Shown: positions 36,640 to 46,496 of the stretch, one piece after another | Layout: every line of letters begins with the position of its first letter | Numbering within the stretch: the stretch's first letter is position 1 | Virus record (IMG/VR): IMGVR_UViG_3300044655_001017 | DNA: 64,000 nt | Source of the DNA: a virus | Taxonomy: Duplodnaviria; Caudoviricetes | Reading direction: 5' to 3' (one strand) | Notes under the pieces: generated by a model | What the model saw: only the letters and a program-made list of their open reading frames with translations | Database searches by the model: none | Told to the model about the DNA's origin: nothing | Made by a program: the position numbers and the translations under genes

Positions 36640-36822
36640 TTACTCTCCTAGTTTAAGTTCGTTATCATAGTCGTCATACCAACAGGTGTTACTGCTGTAT
36701 GGAGTATCCTTGGCTGGTATGATTAGGTCTTGCCAATCTCTACTGCCTTCTGTCGGAACGGTTACGCTTGCATCAGCAGGAAGAGTTTGTAGGTATTCAA
36801 TTAGTTGGGCCACAGTTGTCAT
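36640..36822 (-). CDS. Small hypothetical protein (MTTVAQLIEYLQTLP)
   Basis: Hairpin promoter upstream. Confidence 0.6.
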   Translation of the reverse strand: MTTVAQLIEYLQTLPADASVTVPTEGSRDWQDLIIPAKDTPYSSNTCWYDDYDNELKLGE

Positions 36823-36877
36823 ATCGCGCTCCTAGTGTGTTAAGTTGTGCATAGTATCACAAACTATGCGCAGGTAA

Positions 36878-37210
36878 TTACATCTCAACCCATCCAAATG
36901 AGTCACATAAGTAATCAGTACCATCAACTTCTACTACATCGCCCACTGACACTGAACGATGTCTTCCATAAAATCTATTACGATCTTCTTCGCGACTTGG
37001 ATTGTTAGTTAAGTCAAACGCCTCTTCAGCTGCTTCAATGCCAGCTTCAGTCAATGTGATTGGGTAGTGTTGAGTGTATAATGGCAACCAGGCTTTAGCA
37101 TACTTAACTTTATTTTCCGCAAAGTAGAGTTCTGCGAGTAGTTTAGTTGGGGCAAGTTTAATAATAACTTTTGACATTGTGCGCTCCGCATTGCTTGTTA
37201 GTAAGCGCAT
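36878..37210 (-). CDS. YodL-like domain protein
   Basis: HRSVSVGDVVEV...YLCDSFGW. Confidence 0.6.
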   Translation of the reverse strand: MRLLTSNAERTMSKVIIKLAPTKLLAELYFAENKVKYAKAWLPLYTQHYPITLTEAGIEAAEEAFDLTNNPSREEDRNRFYGRHRSVSVGDVVEVDGTDYLCDSFGWVEM

Positions 37211-37250
37211 AGTATAACAAACTATGCGCTGGTTTGCAAGTGATTTTTAA

Positions 37251-37574
37251 TTAGTAATAGAACCGTCTCGTGCAATCTGTATCTTTAAAACGTTCTTCGT
37301 AATCATCCGGAACACCATGCGTTGTGCCCGGTATATTGCGTATTCCTGGACGTACACCTTCTGGGCAATCAACACTAAACAAGTAATTGAATCCTCTGTA
37401 ATTACCTGAGTCATGTAATACACGTTCAATCATTAAAATGATGCCATTGCGCCATGGTTCGTTGCCATGATCTGCTTTGAGCATTTCATTTGCATAGAGT
37501 CTTAATTCCTCTACGTTTACTGTTTTTCTTGACTTTGGCATAGTGCGCTCCGCATTGCTTGTTAGTAAGCGCAT
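37251..37574 (-). CDS. Hypothetical phage protein (start probably MPKSR)
   Basis: GNYRGFNYL. Confidence 0.6.
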   Translation of the reverse strand: MRLLTSNAERTMPKSRKTVNVEELRLYANEMLKADHGNEPWRNGIILMIERVLHDSGNYRGFNYLFSVDCPEGVRPGIRNIPGTTHGVPDDYEERFKDTDCTRRFYY

Positions 37575-37585
37575 AGTATAACAAA

Positions 37586-37963
37586 CTATGCGCTGAATTG
37601 CAACTGTTTATTAATCGCAACGTTTCCGAGCACTCTGTTTACAAAGTCTTGAGCGTCTTCGTCTACTTTTGTCAAGATGTAGCCGGAGCCGTCAACTAAG
37701 TCTATATAACATACTTGAGCGTTGATGCCTGCAATTTTTAATGCTTCATTCATCTTGCTAAAAGCATACTCTGCACCGGCTGTAAAGGCGTCTATCTCTT
37801 CTTCTGTTACGTCTTCATAGCCGTAAACTGCCATGTCTTCTTCAACAGTTTCAAAGTCATATACAATTGACTTGTTGATTTCATCCCAGACTGCACGATC
37901 CTCTGGATCAAAGTAATCGCCATCGCTAAGATCAAGTTCAGGGAAGTTATAAGTAGTAGACAT
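37586..37963 (-). CDS. Acidic hypothetical protein
   Basis: Own promoter; its 3' end encodes the next promoter. Confidence 0.65.
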   Translation of the reverse strand: MSTTYNFPELDLSDGDYFDPEDRAVWDEINKSIVYDFETVEEDMAVYGYEDVTEEEIDAFTAGAEYAFSKMNEALKIAGINAQVCYIDLVDGSGYILTKVDEDAQDFVNRVLGNVAINKQLQFSA

Positions 37964-38040
37964 TTTGTAAGCTCCGTAATTGTTTAACTAAAAACATATT
38001 ATAGCAAAGTGCTTGCTGGATTGCAAGTGATTTTTAAATC

Positions 38041-38310
38041 TTATTTCAAAATTGTTTTGAGATTATCAAAGTCAATATCTCTAAATCGAATTGCGTATTG
38101 ATCGTGAGTTTCTTCATTGTAGCAATAGACCATTTCTTCATCAAATGGTACTGCTTCAATAATACACCAATCACCATTTATCTTAGCTTTGGCTGCGGCT
38201 TGCAATAGTTGTCTAAGTTCTTTATTCTTGTTAACCAACCCTTGAAAGTGTTCTTTGTGAATGTTAAGTGGCATACTATTCGTCCTCTTCGTTGTCGTCT
38301 TCATCTTCAT
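38041..38310 (-). CDS. Hypothetical protein
   Basis: Coupled. Confidence 0.5.
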   Translation of the reverse strand: MKMKTTTKRTNSMPLNIHKEHFQGLVNKNKELRQLLQAAAKAKINGDWCIIEAVPFDEEMVYCYNEETHDQYAIRFRDIDFDNLKTILK

Positions 38311-38479
38311 CTGGAGGTAAGTCAGCTAATGTTAGCACACCCTCTGAATACCAATCATACATCCAACTGTATTGTTGCTGTTTGATAAACAACTTAGCAG
38401 CTTCAGGTGAATCAAATATTCCACAGCTACGATCACCTTCGCCGGAACCATCATTGTAGTAAACTGGAAAAACTTTCAT
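38276..38479 (-). CDS. Small acidic protein
   Basis: GIFDSPEAAK motif. Confidence 0.55.
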   Translation of the reverse strand: MKVFPVYYNDGSGEGDRSCGIFDSPEAAKLFIKQQQYSWMYDWYSEGVLTLADLPPDEDEDDNEEDE

Positions 38480-38709
38480 GCTATCTCCTCTAACATCATC
38501 TCAACTTCTTCTGCGTAAGCGTTTGGACGCTCTTCTTTCAACTCGTTACATCTTGGACATTCTTGTATAGCAACGTGATGTATCCAGTTAGTTAATTCGC
38601 CAGGGCAACTACATTCCCAGTAGCTAAAATTTAGTGTTATACCGTAGCAATGTTCTAATACTTCGCCACGGTTATTGAAACTGTAAGTTAAAGACATTGT
38701 GCGCTCCAA
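38476..38709 (-). CDS. Zn-finger protein, paralog of 52530
   Basis: YWECSC...ECPRC. Confidence 0.6.
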   Translation of the reverse strand: MERTMSLTYSFNNRGEVLEHCYGITLNFSYWECSCPGELTNWIHHVAIQECPRCNELKEERPNAYAEEVEMMLEEIA

Positions 38710-38763
38710 ACTTTATTAAGTAAAAACATATTATAGCATTTACAGCGGGGTGTGTAAAGAAGT

Positions 38764-39012
38764 TTATATATCACGTACTGGAAGTGCAACATAAAAGGTA
38801 TCTATCATATGTAAATAGTCTTCGTTATCACCTAACGCCCACGGACTAATATCTGGAGCATAGCGTTGCCACTCAATATCTGTCGGCATTCGCCATCCTG
38901 TACTTCCCTCTTGATTATAAAAGAAACAGTACAAAACGGCTTCGTCATATGTCATTGGGTTTTCACTCGGAATACCAAGTTGAATAGTACATGGCGCATT
39001 AACTTCGATCAT
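38764..39012 (-). CDS. mini-CLec/DUF1566-like family member
   Basis: YDEAVLYC, GWRMPT, LPVRD. Confidence 0.75.
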   Translation of the reverse strand: MIEVNAPCTIQLGIPSENPMTYDEAVLYCFFYNQEGSTGWRMPTDIEWQRYAPDISPWALGDNEDYLHMIDTFYVALPVRDI

Positions 39013-39039
39013 AATTCCTCCTACGCGTACAGCGGGGCC

Positions 39040-39252
39040 TTAGCAATCTTTCACTAATTTAAGATAGCCGTTTCTTATGTTTGGATTTGACTGTTCTACA
39101 TCTGATTGATCCCAACAAAACTTTAAGCTCTCGTAATGGTCAATGTACTCTTGTTCTGTAGGAAGCCGCCATCCTGGGGTCATAAAGGCAATCATAACGG
39201 CTTCATCAATCGTTACTAGATTTGGAAATTGTTTACCAATCTCAACTGCCAT
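39040..39252 (-). CDS. mini-CLec/DUF1566-like member (short-loop subtype)
   Basis: DEA, GWRLPT, LVKD. Confidence 0.7.
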   Translation of the reverse strand: MAVEIGKQFPNLVTIDEAVMIAFMTPGWRLPTEQEYIDHYESLKFCWDQSDVEQSNPNIRNGYLKLVKDC

Positions 39253-39310
39253 TAATAGATCTCACAGGGATTGTAGTAAACTGATCATCACAAAAACTAA
39301 ATGTTTCATA

Positions 39311-39748
39311 TTAAACCTCATCTTCTTCAGTTTCCCATTCCTCCCACCAATCGTATGTAACGTCGTATCCCTGCTGGCGTAATGCTTTGTAAATGCCAGT
39401 AGGTGGACACCATGCAGTTTCAAACTCTAATACAATCTCGCCATCATCATCTGTGTACAATGGTGCTTGTTCATTTGTAATGGCTTCCCATTTTGTACCC
39501 CAATTTTCTACACGCCATTCATAAGATGTGCTGTAACCATATTGCTTACGATTTTCTGCTTGTTCTTTTTCCATAGCAGCTTGCTTTACTGGGTCAGCAT
39601 AACGACCAGACGGTGTGTTAAGTAATCCTGCCGGACATGGTAGAATAGTGTTGAACAAGTTGCGTTCTTGATATGCAGTATCAAGTAGTGCAAGTTTAGC
39701 TGGATCAGAGTGTCTAATGATGGCTCTGTTGTTTACATAATTTGGCAT
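39311..39748 (-). CDS. DUF1281/YubB ferredoxin-like protein
   Basis: MPN, NWGTKW, FETAWCPP. Confidence 0.7.
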   Translation of the reverse strand: MPNYVNNRAIIRHSDPAKLALLDTAYQERNLFNTILPCPAGLLNTPSGRYADPVKQAAMEKEQAENRKQYGYSTSYEWRVENWGTKWEAITNEQAPLYTDDDGEIVLEFETAWCPPTGIYKALRQQGYDVTYDWWEEWETEEDEV

Positions 39749-39815
39749 AGTGCGCTCCGCGTGTGTTTAAGTAAAAAACATATTATAGCAAAGTTGCATT
39801 TGGTTGTAAAGAAGT

Positions 39816-40034
39816 TTATATATCTCGTACCGAAATTATCAACCATGTTTCATCAGGATCGTCTTTTAAGGTATCATCTTGATACCAGCTGCTGGTAAGT
39901 TCATAATATTCATCGTACTCATCCCCTGTTGGCATACGCCATCCCTTCTTGCTATCTTGAGAATAGAAGAAGCAGTACATGACTGCTTCATCATATGACA
40001 TCATTCTGTTGGATTCATAGCCAAGTTCAATCAT
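39816..40034 (-). CDS. mini-CLec/DUF1566-like family member
   Basis: YDEAVMYC, GWRMPT, SVRD. Confidence 0.75.
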   Translation of the reverse strand: MIELGYESNRMMSYDEAVMYCFFYSQDSKKGWRMPTGDEYDEYYELTSSWYQDDTLKDDPDETWLIISVRDI

Positions 40035-40363
40035 TTCTTGTATAACAATCCGTCAACATGTCCTACATCATACAGTTCAACTCGTGTTACTGTATGAAAC
40101 CCATATTCAGTAGATGGTACATAATCAATAAATGTGTCAATCGCAATATCTTGATCAACTAATCCGTATTCATTTATCTCTGCATACAAATCGTAAACCT
40201 GAGTATCATCATGCTCGTATGGGAAGTTATGACGATTAGGATTTTCTTTAATCTTTTCAATTAGTAACTTAACGTTCTCTAACGCGGTGTCACTGATTGG
40301 ATTAAATGCAGTTACATAGTCGCCGTCGTTAGTGTCTACTTCTACTAAAAGATAGTTTGCCAT
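40031..40363 (-). CDS. Hypothetical protein
   Basis: DTNDGDY; TEYGFHTV. Confidence 0.6.
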   Translation of the reverse strand: MANYLLVEVDTNDGDYVTAFNPISDTALENVKLLIEKIKENPNRHNFPYEHDDTQVYDLYAEINEYGLVDQDIAIDTFIDYVPSTEYGFHTVTRVELYDVGHVDGLLYKK

Positions 40364-40436
40364 TGTTGTTGCTCCGCAGTTGTTGTAAATAAAAACATAT
40401 TATAGCAAGTTGCTAATTGGATTGCAAATGGTTTTA

Positions 40437-40835
40437 TTACCAAGATGAGTTGTAGTATACCATATTGCCAAGTGATAGTTGCATTCTTGCTTCAGCAACA
40501 AATCGTAAATCCTGTTCTACTGCATCATCATCGTCGCTACTTTCTCCAAAGAAGAACCCAGAGGTATTTGGAAGTGTACGTTCCTTAATCTCCTTTTCCA
40601 GTCGCATTAGATCGCGTTCAGTGAGCTTTACTGGAACACCATTAAACTCCTCAATAGTTCCACCTTTACGTTGATACATGTTTTCCATCCACCCGTGTAA
40701 ATTTGGGTGTTTTCTCCAATACCAAATTTCAGTATGACCTTCTTCGTAATATGGGCTAAAATCTACTTCTTTATCTTTATCTTCGTCGCGTACTTGATTT
40801 GCTGAAACAGCGTACACAGACATATCTAATCCCAA
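40437..40835 (-). CDS. Conserved phage protein (MGLDM...WRKH..LHGW...GFFFG type)
   Basis: TTG start after GGAGG. Confidence 0.65.
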   Translation of the reverse strand: MGLDMSVYAVSANQVRDEDKDKEVDFSPYYEEGHTEIWYWRKHPNLHGWMENMYQRKGGTIEEFNGVPVKLTERDLMRLEKEIKERTLPNTSGFFFGESSDDDDAVEQDLRFVAEARMQLSLGNMVYYNSSW

Positions 40836-40988
40836 AATAACCTCCCAAATATTATTAAAATAGCGCGTTTTTGTTTTTGTATAGTGTAGCATTAAAAACA
40901 TTTTAAAACGCTGTAGTCCGCAAAAACTGCTTGGAAAGCAAACTAAAGTTTTGTTATTGCTTGCAATGCTACGCATTAACAGCGGGGC

Positions 40989-41198
40989 CTATGCTGGCAT
41001 TACGCTTGCAATGTTACCAATTAAGTTCTGTGCAAACTCTATAGTAAAGTTGTATCGTGTGTCGCGTAATGGTTCAATAGGGATAGGTACATCAATAAAA
41101 TATGTAGTGTCTGATAGCTTACGAAGTTGTGATGGTAAAACGCCGGCATGTTTGGCTAAGGCTCTTTCTAAAGTAATGTTTGACATTGTGGTCTCCAA
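40989..41198 (-). CDS. Hypothetical protein
   Basis: GGAG RBS; stop abuts CAGCGGGGCC. Confidence 0.55.
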   Translation of the reverse strand: METTMSNITLERALAKHAGVLPSQLRKLSDTTYFIDVPIPIEPLRDTRYNFTIEFAQNLIGNIASVMPA

Positions 41199-41244
41199 AG
41201 TTTAAAAGGAAAAAGGTGTATGTTGTCATACACCTTTATGTTGT

Positions 41245-41400
41245 TTATCGTACTACGGTCCAACGTGGGCTGAATGTTTTTCCTGCGTCACGACGCTTAA
41301 TGATTTTTTTAAACTCTTTAAGTTTGAGTTCAAGTATCTTAGCTTCGTCGTTTACAAGACATGCCGCATACATCTCTGTTACTAATGTTTTCTGTTTCAT
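41245..41400 (-). CDS. 51-aa basic protein behind TATAAATA (not in ORF track)
   Basis: TATAAATA at 41420-41427 and AAGGAG RBS. Confidence 0.55.
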   Translation of the reverse strand: MKQKTLVTEMYAACLVNDEAKILELKLKEFKKIIKRRDAGKTFSPRWTVVR

Positions 41401-41431
41401 GTGTTCACTCCTTGAATAGTATTTATAGGAA

Positions 41432-41656
41432 CTATTGTTGTCCCTTTTTCTCGTATCCTTCTAATCGTGTGTTAAGGATGTTTAATTGTTTTTGTGTAAG
41501 TGAAAGTGACTCAAGCATATAACGAATGTCAGACTGTGTGTACCCATATATGAATGCCCAATTTTCTTCATTATTGAATGTTACAGAAGCTTTCCTTGCT
41601 AAGTTGTCTAAGGTTGCAATATGGTTTTCAATTACTGCGATTCTGTCTAATTTCAT
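41432..41656 (-). CDS. Hypothetical coiled-coil protein
   Basis: AGGAG RBS. Confidence 0.6.
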   Translation of the reverse strand: MKLDRIAVIENHIATLDNLARKASVTFNNEENWAFIYGYTQSDIRYMLESLSLTQKQLNILNTRLEGYEKKGQQ

Positions 41657-41707
41657 GCGATACTCCTAAAAAGAGAAAGCGCGTATTGCTACGCGCTGTT
41701 GAGTGTA

Positions 41708-42211
41708 TTAATCTTCAAATCTTAATTCGTCATACTCGAGATCAGCAAGCACGTCATCTGTTTCCCATGAGTAGTCATCGTCGTCAAAATCGTATGTATC
41801 ATCGTCATCAGTTGCATCTGGATCAGCATAGTCAAACAAGTTGTCACCACTTTCAGTGTACAAGCCGTCTTTGCTAATCACATACTCAATTACTACGTCA
41901 GCAATCGTTTCTAATGGGCCTGCTAACGGCAAATTAGTGTAGTGTGGTGTGTTGCATTCAGGTTCAACAATCTCTAACTCTTCAGCAATATCTAAGTTAA
42001 ATAGTTCATCGCAACGTGTAAGATAGTTCACAGCACCCGAGGTGTTGTTACAGAATCCGTTATTGTAATAGTCATAATATAATCGTGTTACAGCTCTTAA
42101 CATTTCGCCTTCAACTGTACCTGCAGGACCACTTGACGGAACTAGTTTAGATAGTTCTTGGTAAGCTGCTTGATGTTTTCCATTGCTGTTCCAGTAAGTG
42201 TTGTTGCTCAT
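41708..42211 (-). CDS. Hypothetical phage protein with acidic tail
   Basis: YW...G.HQ; YYDYYNNG. Confidence 0.65.
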   Translation of the reverse strand: MSNNTYWNSNGKHQAAYQELSKLVPSSGPAGTVEGEMLRAVTRLYYDYYNNGFCNNTSGAVNYLTRCDELFNLDIAEELEIVEPECNTPHYTNLPLAGPLETIADVVIEYVISKDGLYTESGDNLFDYADPDATDDDDTYDFDDDDYSWETDDVLADLEYDELRFED

Positions 42212-42314
42212 ATTATACTCTCCATTTGTTGTGTAAATAAAAACATATTATAGCAAACTGCTAGTGAATTGTAAAGAATTGTGTTAATCAATGTCCTTAA
42301 CTGGACGTACTTAA

Positions 42315-42530
42315 TTATTTGTTGAGTAACACTAAACCGTATACTAAGTCATGTTCAAGATCAATGTCGTCATACGTTAAAATAAACTCTTCACCAGTGT
42401 CTTCGTGGTGTACATGGATCTCTTCAGCATCTGCAAAATCAATTACATAAGAATCATCACCTTGTACAAGGATTTTAGCTTCGCTAAACATTTCAATTAA
42501 CTTTTCATCAGTAACAGTAACAGTAGACAT
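42315..42530 (-). CDS. Small acidic protein
   Basis: Own promoter. Confidence 0.6.
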   Translation of the reverse strand: MSTVTVTDEKLIEMFSEAKILVQGDDSYVIDFADAEEIHVHHEDTGEEFILTYDDIDLEHDLVYGLVLLNK

Positions 42531-42614
42531 TGTGTACTCCTTTGTTGTTTAAGTAAAAATATATTATAGCAAACTACTTGCTGGTTTGCAAGTAGTTTGT
42601 ATATCAACTTCTAA

Positions 42615-43013
42615 TTAGTCGTTTGACCGATCACGAACGAATACAACCCCAAGATCTGTATACGCTTCACATTGATCTTTTTTACCTGTTTTCAAATCAA
42701 CAGCCCATATATCAAAGTCATCATACACATCTTCATCAATTGTCTCTGACGTCCATACTTGTCCGTATACTCTTACTCCTACATCAACAAATTCCCCTAG
42801 CATCTCTGCTTCTTTGCAAGTTGGTAATCTCCAACCGTCACCTAAGAACTTAGCAAAGTCATCTGCATTCCACCAACGATTATAATGTTGTGTACATTCA
42901 GGGGAAATTTCAAACGGTAGTTTACCTTTTTCAAGGTCAATCATTTCAAACAGACTCGTTGCGCTTGCTTGCAAATCATTAAGTTGAGACATAATTTGTT
43001 CTTGATTAGACAT
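42615..43013 (-). CDS. Longer DUF1566-like family member
   Basis: FEISP, GWRLPT..E, WTSE, WAVDL..G, VFVRD. Confidence 0.7.
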   Translation of the reverse strand: MSNQEQIMSQLNDLQASATSLFEMIDLEKGKLPFEISPECTQHYNRWWNADDFAKFLGDGWRLPTCKEAEMLGEFVDVGVRVYGQVWTSETIDEDVYDDFDIWAVDLKTGKKDQCEAYTDLGVVFVRDRSND

Positions 43014-43326
43014 AGTGTACTCCTTTGTTGTGTAAGTAAAAATATATTATAGCAAAATGCTATTGATTTGTAAAGAACTAATTACGTCGTTTAGCTTTCG
43101 CTTGCCATGTTATTTCATTCTTACGATCTTTGTCCATACGTTTTAGTACTCGTTTCTCATCCTTAGCATACTTAATAACATTTGTACGGAGTTGGAGATA
43201 GCGATCTGCTCTCACATTATTCGCTCTAACACTTTGTCAGTTAGGCGATACAAACCATACAAAATTAGTAATGCCGATACTGATATAATCAGTTCGTGCA
43301 TTATTTGAAAAAGTTGTGGGCCAATT

Positions 43327-43563
43327 TCAATCATCATTTGCTACCTCAATAATCCTAACTTTACGATGCTTTGCAACCTTTCTTGCTTTGTGAGCTTTTA
43401 TTGTCTCACGAGCAGTATTTTCAAAATATGACGAAGCATGACCGGTATCATTATCTATGCCTACCCAAAACAATCCCCACAATTTATACTGTGGAAAATA
43501 TTCCACAGAAAGCTCGCCGGAATAATCATATGTTGGTTTTTCTAAGATTCTATATCTGCTCAT
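43327..43563 (-). CDS. Hypothetical protein
   Basis: YFPQYKLWGLFW. Confidence 0.55.
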   Translation of the reverse strand: MSRYRILEKPTYDYSGELSVEYFPQYKLWGLFWVGIDNDTGHASSYFENTARETIKAHKARKVAKHRKVRIIEVANDD

Positions 43564-43753
43564 CTGTTAACTCTCCAAACACTTCTAACTTAGAAGCAAT
43601 ACCATCTTCAACTGCCGCGTCTTGGATAGCATCTAAGAAATGAGCAAGTCCTATTGCTTCATCGGATCCCTGATTACACAACCATTCTTTTTGATTGCGT
43701 AACAATTCCCAGTTAGTGTCACTAATAACTTTTGATAACATAATGTGCTCCAC
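43550..43753 (-). CDS. Hypothetical protein
   Basis: Own promoter. Confidence 0.55.
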   Translation of the reverse strand: MEHIMLSKVISDTNWELLRNQKEWLCNQGSDEAIGLAHFLDAIQDAAVEDGIASKLEVFGELTDEQI

Positions 43754-43807
43754 AGTTGTTTAAGTAAAAACATATTATAGCAAGTTGCTAATGGATTGTA
43801 AAGATAT

Positions 43808-44185
43808 TTATTGCTCAACTTCAGTAAGTGCTAACCAAGTGTCTTCTTTTGATGTATAGATTAACTCACACTCTTCTAAAATAGTTCTGCGCTCATCTTC
43901 CGATAGCTTTAACCAATTGTCTACTTTCTCGTAACTACCAACTGCTATAGGTGGCATACGATGAGATATCCAAATAGATGCATACTTGAGATGTACAATT
44001 TGATTACTTGGATGGCTAGACATCATTGCGCCTAAAAAATCATTAGCTAACACACTTTCCCAAAAACTGCCAGGTTTGAGTCCATGTATCAGATAGTTAA
44101 GCAATGGAAGCGAGTACTCTTCCGATACATGCTCAGTCTTAAATAATGTTTCTAATCGTTGTTTGCTAAATCGTGAGATGTTCAT
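43808..44185 (-). CDS. Conserved phage hypothetical protein
   Basis: HGLKPGSFWESVLAND. Confidence 0.6.
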   Translation of the reverse strand: MNISRFSKQRLETLFKTEHVSEEYSLPLLNYLIHGLKPGSFWESVLANDFLGAMMSSHPSNQIVHLKYASIWISHRMPPIAVGSYEKVDNWLKLSEDERRTILEECELIYTSKEDTWLALTEVEQ

Positions 44186-44406
44186 ATACCAAAGTTTTCT
44201 CTAATCATTTCAGCACAAACAATCGCACCTTTTACCATAGGGTCGTCTTCATCAACTGGTTCTGATACTTCATCGCAAATACGCAATGCTTCACTAATAA
44301 TCAATTTAGCAAATTTCTCAATGCTAAATTCGTTAAACGCCTCTGCAGTTGGTTCATTTGGCATGTAACCAGCTTGCTCTGCAAAATCTCTAATTTGTTT
44401 GTTCAT
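44182..44406 (-). CDS. Hypothetical protein
   Basis: EKFAKLII..C. Confidence 0.6.
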   Translation of the reverse strand: MNKQIRDFAEQAGYMPNEPTAEAFNEFSIEKFAKLIISEALRICDEVSEPVDEDDPMVKGAIVCAEMIRENFGI

Positions 44407-44421
44407 TATTTGGTCCTCAGG

Positions 44422-44697
44422 TTAACTTGTTAATCCAACTTTTGGGAAGTAGTATTTTCTCACCCAGTCAATAGTGCCTTGGTCGCATTGAAAATCCATT
44501 GGTTCGTTTTCTTTACCGTTACGATTTTTACACCATGTATCAATATTATAGTACCAAAAGCTAGTACGAGTTTCGGTAAAAGAATGAAGTCGTTCAATGA
44601 CAGTAAGAACAGAGCCGATTAATTTAAATTCTAACATCGTGTTAGTTCTCACATTCAGGATATTGACAAAATAGATTATGTAATGGACAAACGCCAT
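44422..44697 (-). CDS. Hypothetical protein (start probably MLEFK)
   Basis: ORF track. Confidence 0.5.
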   Translation of the reverse strand: MAFVHYIIYFVNILNVRTNTMLEFKLIGSVLTVIERLHSFTETRTSFWYYNIDTWCKNRNGKENEPMDFQCDQGTIDWVRKYYFPKVGLTS

Positions 44698-44857
44698 TTA
44701 CTTTTTGATCGCAAACTTTTTTTACAACATGTTCGTTGTCCTCATTTAACCATTTATCAAATGCCTCAAAACTCTCTAAGGCTTCTTTAGGAATTGACGC
44801 GCGTCCGGACTCAACAGCCGCTTTCATCTTGTCTAAATCAAAATTAAAATCGTTCAT
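44642..44857 (-). CDS. Hypothetical Cys/His protein
   Basis: C....GVCPLHNLFCQYPEC. Confidence 0.55.
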   Translation of the reverse strand: MNDFNFDLDKMKAAVESGRASIPKEALESFEAFDKWLNEDNEHVVKKVCDQKVNGVCPLHNLFCQYPECEN

Positions 44858-45093
44858 AAGATCTCATTAGATAATGTTACAGTGCCATGGTAAGGCACCC
44901 AGGTATTGGGCATATAACGGTTTTTTTGGAGATTCCAATCAAGACCTATATAGTCTTTTGATTCTCCTTTCAAGATAGTGCTAGACGTTTCAGAAGAAAA
45001 CAAAACAATAGTACCATTTGGAAAAATTCCGAGTATTGGATACTTAATTTTTTCAATGGACTCTGTTTGATTTGTTGTTACTATAATTGCCAT
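44854..45093 (-). CDS. Hypothetical protein
   Basis: GGAG RBS. Confidence 0.55.
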   Translation of the reverse strand: MAIIVTTNQTESIEKIKYPILGIFPNGTIVLFSSETSSTILKGESKDYIGLDWNLQKNRYMPNTWVPYHGTVTLSNEIL

Positions 45094-45107
45094 TGTCTAA
45101 TCTCCTC

Positions 45108-45530
45108 TTAAGCTGTAACGGTATAGGGCCGATCCCATTTTCCAATGTTGATGTCGCAATACCAGCCTACGTCAAAGTAGTCTGTCATAATATCACTGTT
45201 ATCATGATTGCCTTCAAACATGATCTCAAAAGCTTTATCTAAAAACTCTTTAGCTTTGCCATCAAAGTGATCAGTCCAGTGATGCGACACTTGCATATAC
45301 TTGCGATCTTTATTTTGATTGTAGTCTTTTTCTTTGTCAGCTGACCAATGATTAAGTTCTGCTACACGATCTGCATGATTAGTAATGAAATCAATTTTAC
45401 CTTTTGATACATTCAACTGCAAGGTGCTGTGATGGCGCACTGCTACTGTAGCAGTCAAACCATACTGTTTAGCTAATGCTCTTAAGCGTGGTGCTTTTGA
45501 GTCTTTATCTTCTTTTGATACATAAGCCAT
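45108..45530 (-). CDS. LPD29-like domain protein
   Basis: NHDNSDIMTDYFDVGWY..INIGKWD. Confidence 0.6.
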   Translation of the reverse strand: MAYVSKEDKDSKAPRLRALAKQYGLTATVAVRHHSTLQLNVSKGKIDFITNHADRVAELNHWSADKEKDYNQNKDRKYMQVSHHWTDHFDGKAKEFLDKAFEIMFEGNHDNSDIMTDYFDVGWYCDINIGKWDRPYTVTA

Positions 45531-45600
45531 TTTTGCTACTCCGTTGTTGTGTAAGTAAAAATATATTATAACAAAGTGTAAGCTGGATTGCAAATGGTTT

Positions 45601-45837
45601 TTAAACCGTTCTTACTGGGATCGCATAATATTGATGGTCAGTATCTTTAAAAATATCTTCATTACACCAAATGAGTAAAGTTATTAAGTCTCCAGTTTCG
45701 TGTTCAAATGGTAACCGCCAATCTTTGTATCCATTCTCGTTAGATGTCATACAATAAAGAACTGCTTCATCATATGGCATCCGTTGAGGTGATTTAATAC
45801 CTACTGCCATATTAAGTTTAGTCAATTTGCACATCAA
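45601..45837 (-). CDS. mini-CLec/DUF1566-like family member
   Basis: YDEAVLYC, DWRLP, IPVRT. Confidence 0.7.
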   Translation of the reverse strand: MMCKLTKLNMAVGIKSPQRMPYDEAVLYCMTSNENGYKDWRLPFEHETGDLITLLIWCNEDIFKDTDHQYYAIPVRTV

Positions 45838-46064
45838 CTAATTTCTCATCGCGAAAAATGTAGTAAGCATCTACTCTGCCATACGACACCCAAACACAGT
45901 TGTTACCACGTTTCATTGTGAAATTAGTAACGCCTTGAGCTGCAAGACTTGCTGTGATTTGGTCTACTTCAAATTGTTGTATTTGGTCCATAATGTGCTC
46001 CGCAGTTGTTTAACTAAAAATATATTATAGCAAATTACTTACTGGTGTGCAAATGGTTTGTTAC

Positions 46065-46496
46065 TCATGTTTTAAATTGTTCCCAAAAGTTAATCTTCGC
46101 TAAGTCTTTTTCAAACTCAGGATATACATCAGCTAAGTTCTCAGCTCTAACTGGACGGTAACCGGCTTTTAGCTTTTTGTGAATACGTTGTATTGCTTCA
46201 CCGCAATACCCAGTTCTTACAATCCAACTAGCCCGAGTTGGAATACCTTTCTCTTTGATTTCGTATGCACGGTCGCTTACTGTTGACACATAATCATTCA
46301 TTACTCTAATAGATCTTAGCTTGCCACCACGCTTACCCCACACAATGATATAGTCAGTAAACTTAATTGAGGAAAATCGTGTTAATAATGATTTGTCAGA
46401 TGGCTGTCCCATACTAATTACTGCCCATACTGTTTCAACTTTTCCAGTTGTCTTTAAACTTGCAAATGTTATGTTCATAGTTTCAATGTTTCCCAA
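46065..46496 (-). CDS. Hypothetical protein, tandem paralog A
   Basis: ITFA.LKTTGKVETVW; WG.RGGKL; VYPEFEKDL. Confidence 0.7.
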   Translation of the reverse strand: MGNIETMNITFASLKTTGKVETVWAVISMGQPSDKSLLTRFSSIKFTDYIIVWGKRGGKLRSIRVMNDYVSTVSDRAYEIKEKGIPTRASWIVRTGYCGEAIQRIHKKLKAGYRPVRAENLADVYPEFEKDLAKINFWEQFKT

